A stretch of 64,000 nt of DNA from Ginglymostoma cirratum (taxonomy: Eukaryota). Within the stretch, counting starts at the first letter, position 1. The number at the start of each line of letters is the position of its first letter. Under the pieces are notes generated by a model. The model worked only from the letters and a program-made list of their open reading frames with translations, was not told the origin of the DNA and searched no databases. Of this stretch, positions 38,061 through 51,177 are shown piece by piece. The position numbers and the translations under genes were made by a program. The stretch lies in contig JAHRHZ010000065.1 of NCBI GenBank assembly GCA_024137785.1, positions 18,215,590 to 18,279,589 on the forward strand, read 5' to 3'.

Positions 38061-40539
38061 TTGTATTTTGGTTTCTTTGACTAGGTTTGTATTTCACAGG
38101 AATATTAAAACAGAAGTATAAGTAGGGAGTTGAGTTTAACAAACTTACAATGTAGTACATTTTGGTCAATAGTAGAGACCAGGAGGATATGATCTTTCAT
38201 TGGTTTGTGCCATGTTCAGTACAGCTCAATTACTATAAAACGAATGTTTGAATACTTTGAAACTTCTACTTTTTATGTACAGGATGTTTTGTAACATGTA
38301 TCAGCAATTTTTCCTTGTGTACATTTAATGTAATCTTTTTAAAATTTCATCTATAATTGTGCCAGTTGCTTGCATGTTTTCTTAATCTAATTTTGTAATC
38401 CATGTGAAGGGTTTGTGTTTTACAAATAAAGGTTTAGTTTGGGGCTGGTGAAAATTTTCACCAGTACAATCATAAAAAGCCATGTTCCAATAGCTAATAT
38501 AAAAGTAGTGCACAGAATGAAAAGCAATCGATGACACGTGTAAATGACATTTGTGTGAATTATGAAAGACTTGAAATATCAGCCTTCTTTCGCTGTTACC
38601 AATCATGGACCAGCCTTTTGTGCTTTAACTGCGCTGAAGTCATGTATAATATCCAAGTCATTGAGCATAGGAAGGAATTTGGACAGGTGTTTGCTCTGGA
38701 GATCTGGTGGAAGGAGTGAGGAGAGAATTTTTCTGTTCCTGATAGTCCCAATTCTTTCACATGCATGTCCTCAGAAGGAGGTTGATTCCTATTAAGTTTA
38801 GGAATACACTATCTTCAAGCTGTTCAAAACCAAAAAGTGGAATAAATAGAGTAATAAAGACTTATTTAATATCGTTTAGTTGTATTATGGCCTTTACCTT
38901 AATTGTTTAATGAAAGTACCCAGTTGTATTTCTTTTTAACTAACTTGTTATTTCAGTGTTGAAAGAAGCCCTAGGTATGTTCCTTTTCAATTAGATGAAT
39001 GTGAAGACACAAAACAAAAACAGGCTTCAAACATTGTAATTTGACAGGCAATGTAATGCAGCATCACATGACATAAACTTGGATGTCGTAAAGTTAAAGT
39101 ATCATGAGAATTCCTCATTATCTTGCACACAGCACTTATTCTCATAATGGACGGTCCAACAGAACAGCTGGATGCAAAGTACCGCTAGAGTTTCAACTCA
39201 TTAGACTCTGAACATCCCCAGGCAATTTGTTGGCAAACAACAGATGCTGATGCTGCCGTGCTATGTTGGCAAGTGTCCAACGCACCACACCACTTCAGCC
39301 TTCTTTTCCCACAGCCATGCTGAAGCATAGTCCATTACCTCATTTACAGCCTTCACTGCTGCCTCTTCCAACCTTCCAATAATCTCAATAACCACAAAGT
39401 TCAGCATGAAATATAACCCTGGCATAAAGCTTCAAATATATCCACCCACTCCTGCCACTCTAGTTTCTAAGCCAGTAAACGCAGAACCACAGAGGCTGTG
39501 AATTGTTTTGAGGTAAATCGTATTCTCCACCATATTATCACTTTGTAAGGTGATTTTAAACTAATATTCTGGCAGTGTTTTCAAACTTACGATTGAATTA
39601 AATAAATTAGATTATTTGTTAATAAGTATACTCCAGGAATTATTTTTCAATTGTGAATATTAATTTATCTAACCCATCATTAACTCAACATTAGTAAAGC
39701 AACATTTTGATTTTATTTGTTGAACATACTTTGCTTTACCGGCCATTTCCTTGGCTTTTTGAAACACACGTCAAGGTTATAAATTCGGCTAAACAACCTC
39801 TTTAATAACCCATAATCCTGAAAAGAAAACCAATATCCTATATTCTATCAACAATACTGCGCTCATATAACAAGTTTGCAAAACCTGTCAAATCTATCAA
39901 ATTGGGCTGATGAACTGATTGAAGTATAATTGGTTAATATAGAACAACAGTACATTGAAAATCAATGCCATTTGAGCAGAAAGCATTGCCTTGCCATTTA
40001 AACATGTATTTATTCAGGGCCTCCATTAGGATAATTGTGTATTCCAGTAATAATGTCCCTATAGAATACCAACAAGATTGTTCCAGATTTCTGCTGATGA
40101 GCTAATTTTCTACCTGATTTCTATCCAAAAATTCCATAATGGTGAGTTCCATTGCCCCATCATGTTTGTGCTTGTGATCACCTTTTTAATTTGTCCCCCA
40201 AAATTTGTTCAAATCTTCTGATTTAAATAATCATAATTGTCAGTACTGCAGTAGTCATGCTATTTTCCATTTGAATCTGTTAAATGTGAGATTTTCATTG
40301 TACCAGGACAATAATCAGCTAATTAAGCACAACAGGCAGGTACATTCACTGAAAACATTAAAATACAGCATTAAACCTTCTGACAGCCTTGTCAACGCAG
40401 AGCAAGTTAAATGCACTGAAAAATGCAGTGCCGACCTTCTCAGGGTTAAACACTGGAGTGCAAGTTACTCCAGAGTACACAGTGATACCTGGCCACAAAA
40501 TGGTATCAAAATCTCATCACGAGACCATCTAGCCATTCT

Positions 40540-40700
40540 TTTGCACAGTAAAGGAATAGTTTATTTGGTCATTATCGCAAGATCTTAGTCTGTGAAAACT
40601 GATGCTGCATGTTGCTGCTTCTAACCAGGGTCTCTTACTACTTTCAGCTTTATGAAATTCGAAAGTTGTGTGAAGATGTTATATAAATTTTAAGATCTTT
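40540..40700 (+). mobile_element. Old DeuSINE/L2-type 3' tail
   Basis: 'gatcttagtctgtgaaaactgatgctgcatg...gtgaagatgttatataaat' resembles the DeuSINE/L2 tail. Confidence 0.4.
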
Positions 40701-40784
40701 TAACATGTAATTCCTTTCTTTTGTCTCAGATTGTCCTCATATTACTTAAGGGAAGAAAATAAAATCAAAACTTCACTTTTTTTG

Positions 40785-41125
40785 AGACATATAGGTTTTT
40801 GAGAGAGTTTGACAAGGCTAGATGCTGAGAGGATGTTGCGTGTCCTGGTCGAATTTAAAGGTCACAGTTTAAAAATAAAGTTCTCCCATCTAAGATGGAG
40901 AGGAGAATTTTTTTTTCTGCAAGGAATGTTAGTTCTCTCCTACAGAGGACTGTAGAGGCTAGATATTGAATATATTCTAGTCAGAATTAGATTTTTGACT
41001 GATGAGAATTAAAGCTTTTGGGGGGGCGTGCGGGTAAATGGAGTTAAGGCTGTAATCGGATCAGCCTTGATCTCAAAAACTCAATGGGCGGAATAGTCTA
41101 GTCTTGTCCCTATATCTAATCATAG
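40785..41125 (+). mobile_element. CR1 3' fragment
   Basis: 'tttgacaaggctagatgctgagaggatgtt...gatggagaggagaatttt...gatcagccttgatctc...gaatagtcta' matches CR1 ORF2 end and UTR. Confidence 0.8.
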
Positions 41126-41753
41126 ATCATATTTGAATTAAAGATCAAGTTTACATTTTTAATTCTCATTATGAGTGGTGACTTTACTGGATGCAACAAT
41201 TTGGGCATCCAGCTAGTGTAAAGCTCTCCAAGGTATAGTCACAATTTGCAAGATTTCTGATATGTTCCAATGATTAACATTTAAGTAGTAAGTTAATAAT
41301 AATAGTAATCTCGTAACTTTTGGCGAGAAATCCAGTCGAAGTATTGGGACATGAAGAAAATCTAACTTCTGCAGTACAAGAGTTATTGGGTTTTGAAGAT
41401 AGAGTTGCTACAATGTTAGAGGAGCAGAATATACTCACACCAGCTGTTGTTCTACTTCTTCAGAAAATTAGTTTTAAATCCTAGAATCAATAGCTTCTTA
41501 TAATCTGCTTCTTGCACTTTTACCAGCCCAGCAAAGGACTGACAACAATAATAGTTTCTTATAAAACAAGGAGGTGAAAAGGAAGTCAAATAGACAAGCA
41601 AAGTAGATCACATACATATTTTACCATGTCCAGATTTTCCATCCTCTGGTATTAAGCCATTCTTCCTGATTTCAGTCCAGGCCTCTACTCCTAATTTCAT
41701 TGAAAGAACAGCAGGAACCAATAATGAGGTTGGGAGGGAGAGTTACTATTTAT

Positions 41754-41988
41754 TGAAATAATCCACAGAGGCCAGTATCCCATCAACAAGTAACCCTTTA
41801 TTTACACACGGAGAGTCCTTGACACTGACCCAGGTCCCTCAGAGGCAGCTCTTAGAGTGAACAGAATGTCTGACACTGCTGTTTATATCTGTTAGCCAGA
41901 GCTCCCGGATTGAACCAGATTAACAGCCCCAATAAGGGAACTCATATTCTATGAGGTCTACCTGGCTGACCTCGTTACAATCACAACA
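41754..41988 (-). mobile_element. Solo LTR, 235 bp, with 5-bp TSD
   Basis: Minus strand runs TGTTGTGA...TATTTCA (TG...CA) with TATA-like GATATAAA and AATAAA. Flanked by TTTAT at 41749-41753 and 41989-41993. Confidence 0.9.
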
Positions 41989-42654
41989 TTTATGTCTTGT
42001 ATCATAATTGGCCTCCAACAACAACTGACAGCAGCAGATGTTAGGAGTGTGCTGATTGTAATGAGGAAATATATTTGTCGATGTTGTATTAGGTGTAGGT
42101 TTTCTGATGTTAACTTGAACATGTATGAGATTAATGGATTACATTGGTTTGAATCTTGGTGGGTATCCTGTGTGTAGATCAGCGAGTATACACAGTACAA
42201 TGACAATGTTTCAACAGCTGTATCATTCTACCAAGGTTCTTTGGGAAATAGTGCATGGCCTGATTTGACCTTAAAAGATAAGTTAATATAAATTGTGTTA
42301 TGAAACTGGGGATATAGTGGAATCTTTATTCTGTTATTTTCTATAACTGTAATTATGTTGACATCTTATTCTATGAAAATAAGATGAATTAGAAAATCCC
42401 AAATTTGAATATTTATGAAGTCTTGATCACAAGATCAATATGATGACTTCTTGGGGGTCATTTTTCAAGGTTGCATGGCATTTCATAGTTTAAGTATGTC
42501 ACACCAGGCAATTCATCTATTTGGATTCAGAGAATTAATTCTGCAAAAGGTACAAAATGAAGACTTGTTAAACCTCTCTATAGTTGACAGCCAGTACCAC
42601 ATTTGGAATACACTGTGACATTTTTGGCACCTGTGTTTCAAAATGTTGTTTTGA

Positions 42655-43270
42655 ACACAAGAACTTGGAGCAGGAGTAGGCCATGCTGTCCCTTAAGTTT
42701 GTTGAATCTTTTGATGAAATTTTGACCGATCTGATTGTGGCCTGTACTTTCCTGTCTACTCTCTATAATCTTTAGCTCCCTTATTAGTCAGTAATTCATC
42801 TTAAAAATATTTTATGGTTCATCCTCCTCTTAGATGGTGGCGAGGTGGTGGTGCTGAGCTGGCTCTGAACTCGAACTTAGATAGACTTATCTTTAAGCTA
42901 GACCCTTCCTTTTTTCCTATTATCATTCAGCTATCGAAATGGCACTGTATCATGTTGACTAATGAAAGCTTTTCACTGCATTTCTTCACCTGCTGAGCTT
43001 TTCCAGCAACTTCTGCTTTTGTTCCTGATTTACAGCATCCGCAGTTCTTTCGTTTTTTAATTGGTTGAGTCAACCTCTTCTGCACTGCGTCCAAGCATCC
43101 TTTCTTAAGTGAGGAGACAAAAACTGAATGCAGCACTCTATATCCAGTCTCACCTCATTCATGTACTGGCAAAAACTTCCCTGTTGTTACATTCCATTCT
43201 ACTTGAAAAAATATCAAAATTCCATTTTCTGCCTTCATCACTTGCTGTAACTGCATATTAAGTTTTTGCT
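42655..43270 (-). mobile_element. Decayed CR1 3' fragments with a nested Penelope-like arm (about 42985-43060)
   Basis: CR1 tail 'aagaacttggagcaggagtaggccat'. The nested 'cctgctgagcttttccagcaacttctgcttttgttcctgatttacagcatccgcagttc' is the reverse complement of the 62.9-kb arm. Confidence 0.7.
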
Positions 43271-44024
43271 TGTCTTATTTAAACTAAATTGTGAGAAAGG
43301 GCAAGGATTATCTTTGGAACCACCAGAGACACCAACTCCAAAATCCTGTAAGTATATCCAGCTGCAGCGATCATGAAAATTTACAAGCTCCAAACATTGC
43401 TATACAAACATAGTAGACGAAATTTGATAGGCTGTCAAAACAGGTATGGGATTTGATTTTGTTTAGAATTGACCTGAGGTGATAGATTGAATACAACACA
43501 GGCACCGCCCTAGCTACGTGCTGCCTGCTTATTTGAATAATTTCAGTGCCCAGCCGGGTCTAATTTTGCTGTTCTTTGTGTGCACCCTTTAGCAGGGCTC
43601 CAATATCATAAGTGGCTAACACCACTTAAGGCTGACCTGCATGACTGAAAGCTAACCTGCACCTCTAGGAGGTGTGTTGTGGCTGGAGCAGGTCCTAGAT
43701 GTTGTGAAGGAAGGACTATTTAATTCACGTTTTGATAATTTTTCACACTGTTATCACATTTTAATGTACTTTTTATTATGCTGGCTGTAGTCTGTATTTG
43801 AGGAAGTGATTTGAACACTGAATTACATTGAAGTACGTATCTGTTTTGCCACATAATCTGCCTAATTGTAAAGCTGCAGCAGTGAATAACTGTCTGTGCA
43901 GACAGTGACTTACTGCTTGATGAGTATCATTTTAATCAAATTCTTGGATGAACAAACAACTTTGACAAGCAGTACACATTTGTTATTTCATTGCAACTAA
44001 TAAAAATCAAATTTGATCCAACTA

Positions 44025-44442
44025 TGAAGAGACACTAGATAGGCAGGGTTGTTTTCCGTGTGCAGAGAAGGCTGAGGAATACTTGATTGAGGTGTACAAA
44101 ATTCATAGGGGCATAAATAGGGCAGATGGGAAGAAACTTATCCTCTGACTAGTGGGGTCAATAAATAGTGGGCCGAGACCTAAGCTAACGGGCATGAGAT
44201 TTAGAGGAGACTTAATGTAAAATTTCTTCAACAAGAGGACAGTGGAACTCACTACATGAAATGGTGGTTCAGGCAGTAACTTTCACAAAATGTAAGAAGT
44301 ATAGATGAATATTTGAAGTGCCACAGCATGTAAGGCTATGGGCCAAGTGCAGGGAAAAGGGACTGGAGTATGTAGGTGCTTGATGATCTCACGGACTGGA
44401 TAGACCAAAGGTCCTCTCTCTGTGTTGTAAAGCTCTATGACG
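44025..44442 (+). mobile_element. CR1 3' fragment
   Basis: 'ctagataggcagggttgtttt...cagagaaggctgaggaatacttgattgaggtgtacaaa' resembles LDRLGLFSLEQRRLRGDLIEVYK. Tail 'ctctatga'. Confidence 0.8.
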
Positions 44443-47128
44443 CTAGCAGTGTTTTATAATTATTGCTCTGATCATTTCCTATCAACTGTTGAAGTACGTG
44501 CTATAAATTGAACAGGCTGCACAGGGAATGTTGTGGAGGGACGGTGATTTTATATCAGCAGAAATTAAGGGCAGCAACTTAAATTTGGTGATAAATATTA
44601 AAGTACGGACTTGAACATTTCCGGAATAAATTAATATTTGGAAGGATTTAATATTTAGTAATGTTAAACACTTGCCTTCAGTAGTTTATGGTGAAGATTT
44701 GCATGAAGACTCGTGAATCATATATAAGCCAACATTTAACAACATATATTTACAGTTGTTATTTCTGTTCGACTTTTTTTTCTTTTTATAACAAGCATCT
44801 AGATATTTGACAAATACAATATGGTCAATTTAAGAAATGAAAAAATGTACAAACTTAGTGGTAAGGATTGAATGAAATCACCACAGTTGATTGGACCTAT
44901 TTAAAACAGCTCCAATGCTGCACTATATGGCTGTTTTTCAACAAGCTGAGAAAACAAGGTGACTACCTCCTTTAAGGGCAATTAATAGCTTTACAGAAAG
45001 AAGCAAACAAAACAGTTTATCTTGCACTGACACTGAATCGAAAGCAGTCAACAAGTAGAATCCGAACAGTTGATGTATGTTCAAATGAAGTTAATTTATT
45101 GTTGCAAAAAGAATGAGCGGTGTACTTTAATCAGTCTGAGTCTGATTTAGCATATTCCACATTCATTATCTATAAGTCAAAAATATAGCAAATCATTATC
45201 AGAAAACATCAAACTACATATGGCTTTAAACAATACAGGAAGTTAGGTTTACTTCTACTCTGTGTTATTTTAAAGGTTACTTTGGTATATTAAGCTTGTT
45301 AGTCATGTTCAGATTCTGATCTCTAAACATCATTACTAATTTCCTGCCGTCTTAAGTTAGAAGAAACACCTCCACTCAAATACCACACTTGCAATTAAAA
45401 CTGGCCAATGTGGTGATGTTTTTGAACTACCATGTTCGTGATATTATTGAAACAAAATACCGTTTAAAAGTACTATTTTAAACATATCTGAATCATGAAT
45501 AAATGTAATAATTGTTTTGACTCAACATCAGTCATCACTTATGTTTGATTTAGGTGCTTGTGCATTATCTAAGTGAACCATAGTTCTGTGAACATACTGA
45601 AAGGCACCTAGAGAAGCCTAAACTGATCTGTTGTATATGCCCCATTTAAAATTTTGCAAGTAGGTAAATTGAGCCCCATGTTCCATCTGCCCACACAGCA
45701 GCGACGAAGGAGTCTTTTGGGATGAGCAATCAGAACTCTAGGCAAATTCATAAGAAGAAAATGTATTTACAACAATCCCTCTCTGAGCTACAAACAGTAA
45801 GAAAGGCATTCTAAGGGATAAGAGTCACTAAGAGATATATTGTTCAATATCTAATCTACCATTTGTGCACGGAGAAATCAGCCCCTTCAGAACACTTCAG
45901 CTTTGAATGTTTGGAGTGAACCTGCACCAACAAAATAAGTCAACGATCTATTTTAAATGACAATGATCCCACATGAAATGAAAACGCTTGTAATCGCAAA
46001 GTATAATTTAAGCATTGTTTTGTTCTCCCTAATTTAGTTAATAAACAGTCAACATAAACACAAAGTAATGAAGGGAGTAAGACGATTTGAATCAAGTCTC
46101 CCCAGAGTTCAGACTTTTCTCCAGTAAAGTGAGCAGTGCACTAAAGCCTGCTGTGAAATCCAAAGTTCTAAGTATTAATCTGGCAGGATTCTTTTGAACC
46201 TTTTCTAAGATCTCTACATTTTGAGTCTTAACACCTTTAGAAAGAATCACAGTTTGAGATTATTCCTGAGTCTCAGCTTGCAGTAGGCAGTGTGCATGCC
46301 AGCACGAATTCCCAAGAGATGGCAAATTAATGGCAGGTGGTTCCTGAAATTTCCAAACCTACAAAATTAAGAATCACAAGAAGGAGGAGAAGGCCACTCA
46401 GCCCCTCCAAGCCTGCTCCACCATTCAAAATGATCATGATTTGAGGCTCTTTCTGAAAAGACCTCTACTTTGTTTACAAATACTGTGGCCACAGTTACCA
46501 GACCACCACTAAGAAAGAAGGACCCCCCTACAGGCTTAGTTGTGTACTGCACCTCTGGTTGGAGTAAAGGTGTCGGATGCCATGTAAACTCTCTGGCCAG
46601 CAGCATGGAAGCTATCTCCAGTCACCATTTGGGCTTTGGCCTCAAAGGAAAGGCAGAATAAGGCATTTACTGGTACAAATTAGCCAGCTAGCTGGTACTG
46701 CCAGGTGAGCAGCCTTCACTACTTTCTCCCCACTGCTGGCAAGATTGATGGGAAGTAGGAACCTGTTGTTGCACCAACCCTACATCTACTGTGCTCCTAG
46801 TCCTGACTTGAAACTCACCTCCACAGGAAAGATTCAACATCATCTAGCAGCACCCCCCACCTGCACCCCCAAAATTTGAGGGCGCTAATACTCCAGACAG
46901 GACCTAACCAGTATCTTGTACAGGGACATTATGGTGTTTTTGTTTTGTTTTACAACTCAATTACAGTTACATTTAATATTGACTGAACATATATTTACTC
47001 TTAATATGTTTGGACAATGGTACCATATTTTTTTAATGAATGAATGAATCTAGTTTACAACATACCTGTAGTGTTTTGCTTTGAGAAACGTTTGAATATT
47101 TTCCTATTCCTCCTGTAGAATCTGTAGC

Positions 47129-48071
47129 ATTCCCAGCATACAGGAAAATATGTGAATTTGTTCATTGTGAATTGAAGAATTTTTCCCTAAAAGAAGTCTT
47201 CCCTAAAGCTAAATTTATAAAAATAAAGTAAATATTGAGTACATCTTTTTAGAAAAATTCAAGTAGTGAATAACCAGGGCAAATATTTGGAAAAGAAATG
47301 CAATAAACACTGCCTGTCAAATGATTTTTAATGTGCTCATATTCCGGTCCCCTCTGAATTCTTTCATCATATCCTCTTGCTCAGTTCTCCTGAAATGTTC
47401 TATTCCATCCTTCAGTTCCATGTTGACCTCCCTCCACTGAACCCTCTAACCATTCCGCTTTCATATCTCAAAAAACTGTTCATATGTCATATTTTGACCA
47501 AGGATTAAAGTTACCTGTCCTAATCTTTCGTTCATCTTTTCTGTCTCAATGCCCAAGCCTACAAGTGGAATTAAAATATCTTTTCGATTAAAGATGCAAT
47601 TTATTGGTTATTTCTTGCACATTTAACAATGAAAACAAAATAATGTAGTGGAATTAATTAATTTTGGTTGATTATTTTGGAACAAGGATAGCTTTTGAAA
47701 AGAGGCTTTTACATTAAATGTAGTCAGTAAACACTAGAAAAAGGCAAGCAGCTTCACAACGGTTTTGCAATGTTTCTTTTGGGAGACTTCTTCCAGCTGT
47801 TCCAATTCTTCTAGGAGCACGCTATGCTAACATTAGAAAGTTAACAACTTTTCAAAGGAAAAACAGTTGCAGACAGTATTTATTAAGGTACACCATCAGG
47901 CAGATTAGGCCATCATTTCAACAAGTAGTGACAAGTACAGAAAGCAATGATGAACAGTACATGAATTTGCAGATCACCAGGATCCGGGGGCCACCAGTTA
48001 TGACTCAAGAGATGTTGATGTGTACTTCCCAAATGTAATCAATGCTCCAGCAATTCCTGTATGCTGGGAAT
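47129..48071. repeat. Perfect 18-bp inverted repeat pair
   Basis: ATTCCCAGCATACAGGAA (47129-47146) and TTCCTGTATGCTGGGAAT (48054-48071). Confidence 0.9.
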
Positions 48072-49044
48072 CAAAATAACCTTACAATGATATTTTTAGC
48101 TCATCAGTGGCATGGAGCTGTTTTGTTTTCCTCCAACAAAAGTTTGATAAGGAATAACACTGATACTAAAAAAAAGGAAGCTGCAAGTAGATATATGAAA
48201 TAAGTCTCAGTACTCTCTTCAACGTGGCACTGATTCTCTGTTAATATCTTTCTAAAAAATATGGACATGAAAGTTGATATTTTTATCAATGTAGCAGTGT
48301 ATTAAATGTAAACTTGTGCATAGCTCTGGGCCTTATTTTCCTTGTGACAGATACATTTGCTATTAAAGAATTGGGACTGCACTGTTCTCACACTATTACA
48401 TGGTTTCATTAGTGTTCTCGGTACTGGGTGTCTTAATTTACTGCTTTTTGCTTTATTCTTTCACGGGATGTGGGTGATCCTGGTTAAGCTAGAATTTATT
48501 GCACATTCTTAATTGCAGTTGAGAATGTGGTGATGAGCCACCTTCTTGAATGGCATGAATTCTACACGATAATAAAAAGCTGTGGCCGTAGTTATTCTGA
48601 AGACCGCTGTATTGTCGTCTCCTGTACAACCTCCTGTTGGGAATCATGCTGCATTTAGATCACCTATGGCTTGCACATAAGTCTGTTCATTAAGGTTTCT
48701 TTAATAGTACTAATTCTTCTTTGCTGGTTAAGTTTTCAAATATCGTGAATGTACCAATGTTTATTGGAAACAGCTATGTCGCCAATTGCATGTGGACATC
48801 AGGATTGTGTTTTCAATGATGCTGATTGGTAAGCATGTCAATAATATCAGCAATGCTATGATGTCTGTTTAATAAACAAGCCAATTTTGGCTTAAATCAA
48901 TCTATACACAACCATGAAATTAAGAAACTTTAACTCCAGCAATGTTATCACACACAAACTTTTATCAAAAATAATTAATAGATTGGACAAACTAGCACTT
49001 GTCTGTATTTAGTACTTGCATTGAAAATTTTAAAAAATCAGAAG

Positions 49045-49245
49045 CCCAGACAGCAGTGAGCCTGTGGAATTCTCTGCCACAGAAAGCAGTTGAGGCCAGA
49101 ACACTGAATGTTTTCAAGGAGTTAAATACAATTCAAGATTCAAGATTGGGGATCAAGATACTGAGTTGGAGGATCAGCAAGTACTAAACGGTGGAGCAAG
49201 CTCAAAGGTTGGAATGGCCTACTCCTCCTCTGATTTTCTATGTTT
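49045..49245 (+). mobile_element. CR1 3' fragment
   Basis: AVSLWNSLPQKAVEARTLNVFKE in ORF 48999-49187, followed by 'gaatggcctactcctcctc...ttctatgttt'. Confidence 0.85.
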
Positions 49246-51177
49246 ATAAAATAACGGTGCTTTTAGAAGACTGGGGAAGATTGTACATTTACTTGAATTT
49301 GTAGAGGCGTTTCTCATTTCCAGATCTCTTAACAGGATCATTTGCCTTTTTGGCAATGGAAAAGGCCACCTTTGTTGTCCTATTATGAGAAGATTGAAGG
49401 ATTATTTTTTTCTGTTGAAAGCTACACAAAGGCATTCCCTGAGTACTTTTCTACCTAAAATGTAGGGGATCGCTTCTCTTTCACTCTGCACAATGCCCAT
49501 TTTTTTCTACAAGATTTACAATATTAAATATTATTTATGTATCTGTTAGTTTTTAGTCCTGTTTGCAATTTGTGGACACTCTGCCCAAATAAGATTAATG
49601 GCACACAGAAGGCTAATTTACCAGAGACACTTCCTCAGAATTTTCAACCTTTAGACGGATCTAACTAAACACGTGTTTTACATGTCGCACAGATAATTCG
49701 GAGTATCTTCTACCTCAGTGATTAATTCAGTTTGTATTATAATGAGTGCATGTAAAGCTTTCACCTTCTGATATCTAGTAGCAATAGATGTTGACTGATG
49801 GAACTATAACTTCCCAGTACTGTGCCCATCTTGCACGCTGCAGATGTTCTGGGAAAGTGACACCCCTTTAAAATGTGCAGACTTGAGTTGCAAGAAGTGA
49901 AGAACAAGTGTGAAAAGAGATTTATGTTATTTTGATATTTGGTAATTGGAAGATGCAGATTTTCAGTTTCATTTGAGATCTGCCAAACATTTGTAATTAG
50001 TTTGTGAAGAGTTTTCCTATGTGAAGCCCCTTCAATGTTAGGATTTATACACCTATTAGAGTTGTGGGACATTTACTGCATATCTGAAATTTGAGACCAT
50101 TGAGCCCTACTGAAATTATTAATATTTTTTGTTGGGAATGGAAGAATCCCAAACAACAGAAGAAAATGCACTTTTGGGCTCAAACGTAATCAAGCGTGAC
50201 AGTAATCTATTTATAAGTACAGCAATCCATTGAAATCTCATTAGAACAAGTGTTTTAACTGGATGTGGTCGTTGCTCAATTAGATCAGGACAACAGCTTG
50301 AATCTGAAAAAGCTGAATCTGATCATAAGACCTCCTTTCTTGAACTGAGTTTGTAATCATAGGATTTAGTGGTAATTGTGTTTACTTGAGAACGTACCTT
50401 TATACGAGGATTTAAGTACCTGGAATGCCAATTTGTGACTCTGCTTTAGCAACCAGATTGTACACATGACAGGGGATATTAATTTGCCAATGACTTTTAT
50501 AACTGAGACAAATAATAACATGCAAACAAAATCATGTTTTGTAGCATTGGGTTTGATAATTGTTTGTTTTGACGTCTCTTCACATTCCAGCTGACTCGAA
50601 TTTGCCTTAGTTGTTGAGCTGCTGTCTTTGTTGGGACAGTAATATTATCAGACATCTACTTCTGAATAGCATCACGTACATTTGACCTATGGCAACAGTA
50701 TTGAATATTCTGACAGCTATCTGGCAAAATTACAGCCATTGGTCACACAACACTTTATGTAGTTGATTCCTTGCTGGGTCTTGCCTGCTGCAAATGGTCC
50801 CTTTTACAGGAGATTGCAGAAGTAGATTTACGAAGCCAATTCTGAAAATGATCTTTCAGGGAAAAAAATAGTATTTCATTTCTACAGTTGATCGGTGACC
50901 CTCATAAATTTTGCCATTAAGGAATCTTCCCATCAGGGCCATAAAAAATAAGTCATAAATATGAACATTTCACTGCTTATTTCGTTAAGCTTTTGAATCA
51001 TTATTTCTGACTATTACAGTTGGAATAGAGGTCGCTGATCATGTCAATGGGGTTACTTGTTTGTAAGGGTAGAATAAAAAACTGAATTGATGAGCACAGT
51101 TAATGCGAAATCATCTTTGGGTTTACAACTATTTCAAGCATCCACTCCCTCCACTATTGACCCTCAAAAGGAGCATA

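Noticed and set aside
40087-40141. 55-nt exon candidate ISADELIFYLISIQKFHN with a GTGAGT donor
   Set aside because: The acceptor lacks a polypyrimidine tract and the segment is too short to judge.
49761-50072. 103-aa minus-strand ORF or exon
   Set aside because: Weak splice sites, no domain character, and a length attainable by chance.
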